Shown: piece by piece, positions 20,960-27,336 of the stretch | How the letters are laid out: each line of letters begins with the position of its first letter | Position numbering within the stretch: the stretch's first letter is position 1 | DNA from: Terriglobia bacterium | Lineage (GTDB): Bacteria > Acidobacteriota > Terriglobia > UBA7540 | Direction: 5' to 3' | Assembly: GCA_030037755.1 (NCBI GenBank) | Contig: JASHQD010000771.1 | Location: 10,981 to 42,980, forward strand | Length of the DNA stretch: 32,000 bases | Translations under genes and position numbers: made by a program | Notes under the pieces: generated by a model | The model's database searches: none | Told to the model about the DNA's origin: nothing | What the model saw: only the letters and a program-made list of their open reading frames with translations

Positions 20960-21313
20960 TCACTTGCCGACCGGCGCCACGACCGGCTGTTTCCTCAACT
21001 CCTTCACGTCGATCTTTCCTTCCTTTTTCTGATCGAGCAGGTCGAATTGCTTTTCCATGAAGGTCATAAATTCCTGCTTCGAAACCTTGCCGTCCTTGCC
21101 GGAATTCATCTGAAGCAAGATCTGCCGGGTATAGGCCTGCCCGGGCTGAGCCTTTTCCGGAGGGACGGCGGCAGTCTTGACAGTGCCGGTTCGTGTCTCG
21201 GGAGGCGCGGGCGGCAGCGGCCCCGCCATGAGCCTCGAGATTGGAAAGAGATTGCAGGCGATCACTGCAAGCGCGCAGAAGAGTCCGATTGCCAGGGTGT
21301 TCTTTCGACGCAT
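20960..21313 (-). CDS. Small secreted protein with a degenerate EF-hand pair
   Basis: Signal peptide MRRKNTLAIGLFCALAVIA. Two EF-hand-like loops (NSGKDGKVSKQEF, DQKKEGKIDVKEL). GGAGG 5 nt upstream of the ATG. AT-richer than its neighbours. Confidence 0.6.
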   Translation of the reverse strand: MRRKNTLAIGLFCALAVIACNLFPISRLMAGPLPPAPPETRTGTVKTAAVPPEKAQPGQAYTRQILLQMNSGKDGKVSKQEFMTFMEKQFDLLDQKKEGKIDVKELRKQPVVAPVGK

Positions 21314-21507
21314 GAGATCCTCCGGCCCTCACACCGTTCCGGCGCCCGGCAGGCGCCGCACAACACCGTGGGCACAATATGGGACAATTTGCCGGCGAAG
21401 TCCAGCAAAGACGGGCTCAAAACGGATGAATAATTTGTATGGATGCGATAAAGATTCGACGCCGGGCCGGACAGCAGCCGTCACTATATTCGGTAATGCT
21501 CAATAAT

Positions 21508-22542
21508 TCAGATTCCCAATGCCTGCGGGAAGCGAGCCAGCTCATCCGGGGTTGAGTCGTTAGGAACCGAGCACCCCGGAGCTGCAATGTATTTGGCGCC
21601 AGCCTGCTCCCGCGCTTCGGTCCATTGTCGGCGGATGTCCGAAACGGTCAGTTTTCGGTAATCGATCTCGTCCACTCCTCCCAAAATTGGCTGCGAGTAG
21701 TGCTGGCGTATTTCGGAGATCGCGATTCCACTGGTTTTGACCGAATACTGAATAACCGGAGCGGGGAAGTCTTTGAACAGGTCGATATAGGGCCGCTCGA
21801 GATAGTGGAGGTGGAGAACGGTTAGCCTGGTGTCGGCTAACGCGTCGAAAACGCGCTTATCGTAAGGGCGAGTGTATTTCCGGTAGTCCTCAACGGAGCC
21901 AAATTTGCTTTCGGCGTTGAAGACGCTCACCAGCGCGCCAGACGCGCCGATCTTTTTCGCATGTTGAATGTGATTGATGGTCGATTGAGTGATCGCTTCC
22001 AGGGCCGTGTGCCAACCCTCCGGATTCTGCTGTTGGAACTCGTGTAGGCTCTTGATCTGCTCGTCTTGAGCCTCCTCCGATTTCGGCAAGGCGGCAAGTT
22101 GCGGCTGCGATTGATACAGAAGCATTGCCGTCATGTAAGGACCATAGATCGTGTCGATGAAGTAGGCGTCACCGTTCAGTCCGTCGCGAACGTACTTGAG
22201 TGTGGCCAGCTGATCGGGATACGGCGAATCGAGCGGTTTAAGTTCATACCATTTACCGGTGGTTGACGGGGGATAATCGAAGTCGTTCATCACCTTGACG
22301 ATGTCAGTTTCATAGGCGCGGTGAAAGTCCAGATGATCCGTGGCTTCCAGCTGCGCCGTGGGCCGTTTGTAATGGTGGTAGAAAGTGAAAGGCGGGCGAT
22401 CCAAATCCTCGCCGCGGAGCGCGCGATCGACCCGCTCTTTGTGGGACAACTGAGAAAGTCCGGATCTTGTTCCGAAAAGCGGTCTGGCCAGAACGGTTCC
22501 GGCAGCAGCCGCAAGAGATGAAATCAAGGTTCGACGGTTCAT
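21508..22542 (-). CDS. Uroporphyrinogen decarboxylase (URO-D) / MtaA-CmuA-like family protein with a Tat-like N-terminus
   Basis: N-terminal MNRRTLISSLAAAAGTVLARP. SHKERVDRALRGEDLDRPPF and C-terminal GGVDEIDY...YIAAPGCSVPNDSTPDELARF resemble the URO-D fold family. GAGGAGG precedes the ATG. Confidence 0.6.
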   Translation of the reverse strand: MNRRTLISSLAAAAGTVLARPLFGTRSGLSQLSHKERVDRALRGEDLDRPPFTFYHHYKRPTAQLEATDHLDFHRAYETDIVKVMNDFDYPPSTTGKWYELKPLDSPYPDQLATLKYVRDGLNGDAYFIDTIYGPYMTAMLLYQSQPQLAALPKSEEAQDEQIKSLHEFQQQNPEGWHTALEAITQSTINHIQHAKKIGASGALVSVFNAESKFGSVEDYRKYTRPYDKRVFDALADTRLTVLHLHYLERPYIDLFKDFPAPVIQYSVKTSGIAISEIRQHYSQPILGGVDEIDYRKLTVSDIRRQWTEAREQAGAKYIAAPGCSVPNDSTPDELARFPQALGI

Positions 22543-22613
22543 GATTCAAGTTCCTCCTCTCAGCTTCCATGAGCCGACTCCACTTTGACCAATGGACCGG
22601 GCCGGCCGGCTGA

Positions 22614-23102
22614 TTAGTGCGGCAGACTAGGGCGAAGAACCCCGTAGAGCCAGGTACCCGCCAGCGCACTGACGATTGCGACCGTCATCACGGTAATGCC
22701 GTGACCGACCAGGGCGAATAGCGGTCCCGGACAGGCGCCCGTAAGGGCCCAACCGAGTCCGAAGAGGGTTCCGCCGAGGGCATAACGAACGCCGTGGCCA
22801 AGGATCTTCGGAGGGACTTCAATTGACTTCCCGCCCACTGTCCTTACGCCGAGCCGCTTGATTAGAGCGAGTGAAAGCGCGGCGGTAAGAATCGCAGAAA
22901 CGATGATCTCGTACATGCGTGGCGACTGAAATCGAAACATCTCCTGAATGCGAAACCAGGAGAGCACCTCGGATTTCGACAGCACGACGCCAAACAGAAT
23001 GCCAAGGACAAGATAGGCCAGAAGAGCGCCTGCGGTCTGCACCGGGGTCTGAGGCCCCGCGATGCGCCTGTTCGAAATGTCAGCGAAGCTATGTGTCGCC
23101 AT
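22614..23102 (-). CDS. YeeE/YedE family sulfur-compound transporter, C-terminal-half homolog
   Basis: Polytopic membrane protein with the GACPGP motif typical of the family. 162 aa. Confidence 0.8.
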   Translation of the reverse strand: MATHSFADISNRRIAGPQTPVQTAGALLAYLVLGILFGVVLSKSEVLSWFRIQEMFRFQSPRMYEIIVSAILTAALSLALIKRLGVRTVGGKSIEVPPKILGHGVRYALGGTLFGLGWALTGACPGPLFALVGHGITVMTVAIVSALAGTWLYGVLRPSLPH

Positions 23103-23123
23103 CGATACTCAAGGAAAACGAAT

Positions 23124-23699
23124 TCAAAGTAACCACGGCAGAATAAGGTGCGTTGCGATCAGTCCACCGGCGAAAAAGCCGATGACCGCGATCAGCGACG
23201 GCAATTGGAAGTCGGCCAGGCCTGAAATCGCGTGACCCGAGGTGCAACCGCCGGCGTATGCGGTCCCAAATCCCACCAGGAACCCACCCACGACGACCAG
23301 CACGAATCCCTTAAGGGTAACCAGCGCGGACCAGTTGAACAGTTCGCGGGGCGCGAGGCCCGAGAAGTCGCGAATTCCAAGCTTTGCCAAATCCTGCCGG
23401 GTGGCCTCCGAGATGGCGACGGTCTGCGGTCCTCCCCAGTGGGCGGCGAGAAATCCGCCAACGAGAATCCCGAGAACAAAAAGAAGATTCCAGAGGCCCG
23501 TTTTCCTCCAGTCGTACCGGAAGTATTCCACCCTGCCGGGAACGATGGCCGCGCACACGTGGCGGAGACTGCTCGAAACACCAAACACGGCATTGCCGAC
23601 GATCAGTAGTGCGGGAACAAACAAGCCGATCAGCGGCCCGGCTAACCACCAGGGCCATGGACCCGAAACAAAAACTGAGGCGGCCATCGCGTTCATCAA
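23124..23699 (-). CDS. YeeE/YedE family sulfur-compound transporter, N-terminal-half homolog
   Basis: Polytopic membrane protein with the AGGCTSGHAISG motif. 191 aa. Together with the next gene this gives 353 aa, about the length of one-piece E. coli YeeE. Confidence 0.8.
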   Translation of the reverse strand: MMNAMAASVFVSGPWPWWLAGPLIGLFVPALLIVGNAVFGVSSSLRHVCAAIVPGRVEYFRYDWRKTGLWNLLFVLGILVGGFLAAHWGGPQTVAISEATRQDLAKLGIRDFSGLAPRELFNWSALVTLKGFVLVVVGGFLVGFGTAYAGGCTSGHAISGLADFQLPSLIAVIGFFAGGLIATHLILPWLL

Positions 23700-23860
23700 T
23701 TCCTCACTCTGGCTACAGGCCCCACCCGAAGCTTACACCCATGGCGTTCTGATACATCGTCAGGTTGGCCGCGCCGCCTCCAAAAGCAGTTGGTGGAGGC
23801 TGTCCACCTGGGCAGCAAGGGGTAGCGTCGAGCTTAGGGCAGGCCAGGCATTCGCTTCTC

Positions 23861-23980
23861 CTACTCCACCCGCAGCGCTTCGAGCGGATCGACGCTCGCG
23901 GCCCGGTGCGCGGGCTGTATCCGGCAACGAGAGCGATCGCGAACCGCAGGACGTTGACAGCCGCCGGGCTGGATCGTCAT
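23861..23980 (-). pseudogene. Relic of the 3' end of an FtsX/MacB-type (ADOP-like) ABC permease gene
   Basis: Minus strand reads ..RIQPAHRAASVDPLEALRVE* (stop at 23863-23861), matching the conserved C-terminal YxPAxRAxxVDPxxALRxE motif of these permeases. The preceding TM-like AVNVLRFAIALVAGY is in a different frame, so there is at least one frameshift. The rest of the gene is missing. Confidence 0.5.
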
Positions 23981-24036
23981 CACCTCGTCGGCATACGCTA
24001 TCATTGTATTCGTTGCCCGGGAAGAACGATAAGCCG

Positions 24037-25365
24037 ATGACTCGGAGAGTGCTTCGGACTGCTGCAGCGTTCAGCGTTAACACCCTGGCCGCCGCTGTGC
24101 TGTTTTGTGGGACGCCGGTTAGCCGCTCCCAATCTGCCGGGAAATCCGATCCCACCTTCTACGCCGACATCCTGCCAATCCTTCAGGACCACTGCCAGAT
24201 CTGTCACCGTGCGTCGGGAATCGCGCCCATGCCGCTCCAGACGTACGCCCAGGGCCGCCAGTGGGCCAAGGCGATCGCCGGCGAGACCGAGTCGCGTCGC
24301 ATGCCGCCCTGGTTTGCCGATTCGCGGTTCGGCCACTTTTCGAACGATCCCTCGTTGACCGGGCAGCAGATCGAGACGCTTGTTTCGTGGGTGAATGCGG
24401 GCGCGCCGGCCGGCGATCCGCGAGACGCGCCTTCGCCGCGTAAGTGGGACGAAGGCTGGAACATTCCGCGGCCCGATCGCGTGATCTCCATGACGCGGCC
24501 CGTGAGCATTCCGGCGCGCGGGGACGTCGAGTACACGTACGAAATCGTTCCAACCGGCTTTACGCAGGACACCTGGGTGCGCACATCGCAGGTGCTGCCG
24601 TCGAGCCCCGGGCACGTGCATCACGCGGTGATCTACATTCGTCCGCCGGAGTCCAAGTGGCTGCGCCGCGCACCTGTGGGTGTGCCCTTCACGGCCTCCA
24701 GCCTCAAGGATCCGCAGGACCGGCACGATGCCGAGTGGACCGACAGCGATATCCTGCTGGTCTATGCTCCCGGCAGTTCTCCCGATCAGTGGCCGGATTC
24801 GATGGGCAAACTCGTGCCCGCCGGCTCCGATCTGGTCTACCAGATGCACTACACTACCGACGGAAAGGCAGCGAGCGATCGCAGCGCGATCGGGCTCATC
24901 TTCAACGGGCATCCGCCCGCCCAGCGCGTCCTCACGCTGCAGTTGACCAACGATCGCTTCGTGATCCCGCCGGGACTGGATGACTTTCGCGTGGAGGTCC
25001 ACGGCACTCTGCCGAATGATTGCACGCTGCTCAGCTTTCTGCCGCACATACACCTGCGCGGGAAGCGGTTTGAGTACAACATCGTGCATCCGGACGGGCA
25101 GATTGAAACCTTGCTGCTCGTCAATTACGATTTTCACTGGCAGCTGAGCTATCGCCTGGCCGAGCCGCGTCAGCTCAAAGCGGGGACGGAACTGCAAGCC
25201 GTGGCGTGGTACGACAATTCGAGCGGCAATCCGCATAATCCGGACGCGACAGCTGCCGTGCACTGGGGCGATCAGACCTATGACGAGATGATGGTGGGGT
25301 TCTTCGACGTGGCCGTGCCCGCCGGGATGGACAAACAGCGGTTTTTCGTTCGCAAATCGCGGTAG
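24037..25365 (+). CDS. Secreted fusion protein: N-terminal c-type heme domain + PHM/DBH-like copper type II monooxygenase domain
   Basis: Signal peptide MTRRVLRTAAAFSVNTLAAAVLFCG. Heme motif CQICH. Copper-ligand pattern HVHHAV ... QMHY ... PHIHLRG ... YDEMM, collinear with PHM His107/108, His172, His242/244, Met314. The track ORF upstream of 24037 overlaps the yeeE genes and is spurious. Confidence 0.7.
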   Translation: MTRRVLRTAAAFSVNTLAAAVLFCGTPVSRSQSAGKSDPTFYADILPILQDHCQICHRASGIAPMPLQTYAQGRQWAKAIAGETESRRMPPWFADSRFGHFSNDPSLTGQQIETLVSWVNAGAPAGDPRDAPSPRKWDEGWNIPRPDRVISMTRPVSIPARGDVEYTYEIVPTGFTQDTWVRTSQVLPSSPGHVHHAVIYIRPPESKWLRRAPVGVPFTASSLKDPQDRHDAEWTDSDILLVYAPGSSPDQWPDSMGKLVPAGSDLVYQMHYTTDGKAASDRSAIGLIFNGHPPAQRVLTLQLTNDRFVIPPGLDDFRVEVHGTLPNDCTLLSFLPHIHLRGKRFEYNIVHPDGQIETLLLVNYDFHWQLSYRLAEPRQLKAGTELQAVAWYDNSSGNPHNPDATAAVHWGDQTYDEMMVGFFDVAVPAGMDKQRFFVRKSR

Positions 25366-25421
25366 AGGGAGTAGGAAGTAGCGAATAGGGAATAGCGAAC
25401 AGTGAGTCGGGAGTAGGGACC
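25366..25421. repeat. Heptanucleotide tandem array (8 units) starting right after the monooxygenase stop codon
   Basis: AGGGAGT AGGAAGT AGCGAAT AGGGAAT AGCGAAC AGTGAGT CGGGAGT AGGGACC. The stop TAG (25363-25365) is in phase with the GTAG of the repeat. Confidence 0.6.
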
Positions 25422-25434
25422 GAAGGAGTGCTGC

Positions 25435-26010
25435 ATGGAATGCCGAAAGCCTGGAGGTCTTCGCGTCGTTGGTCTGGCATTGGCTTCGATGATGCTCGGG
25501 CTTGTGCAGAGTGCCGGCGCGGCGCAGCATGAGGCGACGAGCGTCGCGGCACCGGCCACCGAGTCGCGTGGCGACGCCACTGCCGAAGACGAGATCAAGG
25601 GAATGATCGCCAAGTATGCCGACGCCGTGAATCGCGAGCCTGTCGACTTGGACCTCGCCGCGTCCGTGTGGGCCGACTCGCCGGACGACACGCTGATTTT
25701 CCCGCTCGGAGAAATTCGCGGCTGGGCGGCCATCAAGCAGAACTTCTATCAGGGCACTATGGGAGCCCGCTTCTCCGAGCGTACGTTAACGCCGGCCAAC
25801 ATCGAAGTTCACGGTTACGGCGATTGCGCCTGGGCCGAATTCACGTGGCGCTTCGTCGCCAGGTCGAGAAGCAACGGAGCCCCTGTAGAGACGAACGGCC
25901 ACGAGACGCAGATCTATCGCAAGACCGGCCCGCATCGATGGGCTCTGGTTCACGTTCATTATTCTTCGCTCTCGCCCGGCAAACGTGCTTCCACGAGCGC
26001 CAAACCGTAG
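25435..26010 (+). CDS. Secreted SnoaL-like / NTF2-fold (DUF4440-like) protein
   Basis: Signal peptide LRVVGLALASMMLGLVQSAGA. EDEIKGMIAKYADAVN...ETQIYRKTGPHRWALVHVHYS is typical of the NTF2-like fold. AAGGAG 6 nt upstream of the ATG. Confidence 0.7.
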   Translation: MECRKPGGLRVVGLALASMMLGLVQSAGAAQHEATSVAAPATESRGDATAEDEIKGMIAKYADAVNREPVDLDLAASVWADSPDDTLIFPLGEIRGWAAIKQNFYQGTMGARFSERTLTPANIEVHGYGDCAWAEFTWRFVARSRSNGAPVETNGHETQIYRKTGPHRWALVHVHYSSLSPGKRASTSAKP

Positions 26011-26019
26011 TCGACAAGA

Positions 26020-26167
26020 GGGGCTAGGGGCCAGGGAATTGCCGATTGACGACTGCCGATTTTCGATTGCGCCGTGTCAATCGGCAATCGCCAATCGCAA
26101 ATCGGCAATTCCTTCCTGACACTTGCACCTGAGCCCCTAACCCTTAGCCCCTGACCCCTAGCCCCGA
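26020..26167. repeat. Mirror-symmetric heptanucleotide array (7 + 13 units) forming a long imperfect palindrome between convergent genes
   Basis: See finding. The arms pair 13/13 (26035-26047 with 26100-26112) and 15/16 (26020-26035 with 26150-26165). The array overlaps the stop of the kinase gene at 26158. Confidence 0.7.
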
Positions 26168-27075
26168 CCTAAGCGTCGTGCGATGGCCAGCGCGCCCTCA
26201 GCCGGTTCGCGGCGCAGCACGGATATGCGCGCGTGGGGAGCGAAGCGTCGAAGTTGAAGGGCTAGAACTCTGCGCAGCGCAGGGTTCGATCGCAGCAAGC
26301 CTCCGGCCAGCACCACGGGCGCGCGCTGGTTTCGCAGTCCGAGGCGGCGGATCAGCGCCGCGGCCAAAATGGCGAGCTCTTGTCCTGATTCGAGCACCAG
26401 TTGACGCGCGACCTTGTCACGTTTTCGATCCGCTTCCATAACCAGCGGAGCGACCGCCGCGATCTGCTGCGGCTTCAGATCGAGCGAGATGACTTCGGGG
26501 ATTTGTTTGAGAGCCAGGCTGCGACTGATGTCTTGTGTAAGCCGGGTGCGCGGCCCGACACCGTCGAGATCGCGCAGCGCGGCCGCGACGGCGCCGCGGC
26601 CGAGCGCGTAAGCCGAGCCCTCGTCGCCGAACACGGAGCCCCATCCGCCGGCTCGAAACGTCTCGCCCTGGCGATTGCGTCCGTAGGCAATCGAGCCGGT
26701 CCCGGCAATGATTACAACGCCCGGGGCGTTTCCGAGCGCGGCTTCGAGGGTTATGGCAGCGTCGCTGGTCACCAAGTGACTCTGGGCCGGGAAATTCTTC
26801 CGCAGCCAGGATAAAAGGGGACGGACGATTTGGGGCCGGTCGGCGCCCGCGAGCCCCACGCAAATGGCGCGAATTTGACCTTGGGAAGCCCCGCCCAGCG
26901 CCTGGCGGGCGGCGGCGAGAATCTCGCGCTTGGCCGCTGCAAGTCCTACCTTCACAGGATTGGAGGGCCCGGCGACTCCCCGCGCCACAACCCGGCCCCG
27001 ATCCTCTGCCAGCCAGGCGGTCGTTGCTGTACCGCCGCCGTCAATCCCGAGATACAGTCTCGCGAGTGGTATCAT
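26158..27075 (-). CDS. BadF/BadG/BcrA/BcrD-type ATPase, N-acetylglucosamine-kinase-like
   Basis: LGIDGGGTATTAWL phosphate-1 motif and a later GTGSIAYG and GWG..FGDEGSA, typical of eukaryotic-type GlcNAc kinases (ASKHA fold). Confidence 0.8.
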   Translation of the reverse strand: MIPLARLYLGIDGGGTATTAWLAEDRGRVVARGVAGPSNPVKVGLAAAKREILAAARQALGGASQGQIRAICVGLAGADRPQIVRPLLSWLRKNFPAQSHLVTSDAAITLEAALGNAPGVVIIAGTGSIAYGRNRQGETFRAGGWGSVFGDEGSAYALGRGAVAAALRDLDGVGPRTRLTQDISRSLALKQIPEVISLDLKPQQIAAVAPLVMEADRKRDKVARQLVLESGQELAILAAALIRRLGLRNQRAPVVLAGGLLRSNPALRRVLALQLRRFAPHARISVLRREPAEGALAIARRLGRG

Positions 27076-27109
27076 ACTTGCCCGCGCATTGCCGAAGTTC
27101 GTACAGCGA

Positions 27110-27138
27110 TTGACGGCGGCGGCGCGAGCCGATAGTAT
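27110..27138 (+). promoter_or_regulatory. Candidate sigma70-type promoter directed toward the GalT-like gene
   Basis: TTGACG (27110-27115) - 17 nt - TAGTAT (27133-27138). It would give a roughly 190-nt leader. Confidence 0.45.
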
Positions 27139-27162
27139 CGTCCGGCCGGTCGGTAGCTCGCC

Positions 27163-27180
27163 CTGTGAGCCGGCTCACAG
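27163..27180. promoter_or_regulatory. Perfect 18-bp palindrome CTGTGAGCCGGCTCACAG (operator-like or leader hairpin)
   Basis: Perfect dyad about 20-40 nt downstream of the predicted -10. Half-site TGTGAGC is the same as in the lac operator. It is enclosed by a second helix, 27156-27161 with 27198-27203. Confidence 0.4.
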
Positions 27181-27231
27181 CCGAAAGGCAGAAGCGTGCG
27201 AGCGACGGAACAGTATAGTGCAGGCGCCTGA

Positions 27232-27312
27232 TCTCGCGTAGGGCGGCCCTTGTGGCCTGTAGTGGCGCCGCGAGTCAATCGGGCTGCCACAAGTGGGTGT
27301 CCCTACGCGGGA
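27232..27312 (+). other. Nested-helix element (REPIN-like doublet or leader RNA domain) directly upstream of the GalT-like RBS
   Basis: 12-bp helix 27232-27243 / 27301-27312 (one G-U pair) enclosing an 8-bp helix 27249-27256 / 27286-27293. The left arm starts GTAGGGCGGCC and the right arm ends ..CCCTAC. Confidence 0.45.
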
Positions 27313-27336
27313 TGAATCGGAGGTCAGATAGAAGTC

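Noticed and set aside
20960-22542. Lower G+C in the EF-hand and URO-D-like genes as a sign of horizontal acquisition. Lines I counted gave 27-32 G+C per 60 nt, against 37-39 in lines from neighbouring genes.
   Set aside because: A line inside the core gene yidC (18301-18360) gave 29/60, so local AT-richness is not specific to putative foreign DNA here. A few hand-counted lines are not enough evidence.
23242-24036. 5' extension of the 707-aa track ORF upstream of the monooxygenase start.
   Set aside because: The extension overlaps the YeeE/YedE gene on the other strand and the permease relic. Its translation is non-protein-like. A proper signal peptide begins at the ATG at 24037.
24001-25530. 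Long antisense ORFs: this 509-aa one, plus 13612-15036 (+), 12508-13464 (+), 9169-10239 (+), 18200-19111 (+), 29699-30607 (+) and 5722-6408 (-).
   Set aside because: All lie opposite well-supported genes and have Arg/Gly/Pro-rich composition with no recognisable domains. These are the expected artefact of GC3-rich codon usage.
27221-27243. CCTGATCT...GCGTAGGG resembles the TPP-riboswitch core ACCUGAUCUGG...CCAGCGUAGGGA. CTGAGAGAACCCC at about 1097-1110 resembles its CUGAGA box.
   Set aside because: The two pieces are 26 kb apart. At 27221 the intervening P5 hairpin and the CUGAGA/ACCC half are missing, and no thiamine gene is nearby. Judged coincidental.
27140-27330. Tested whether the structured leader is a known housekeeping RNA (6S, SRP/4.5S, tmRNA, RNase P) on either strand.
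   Set aside because: No GGAAGCAGCC-type SRP motif, no GAGGAAAGUCC RNase P core and no tmRNA ends. The 5' and 3' ends do not pair as in 6S RNA. Kept only as an unclassified leader/REPIN candidate.
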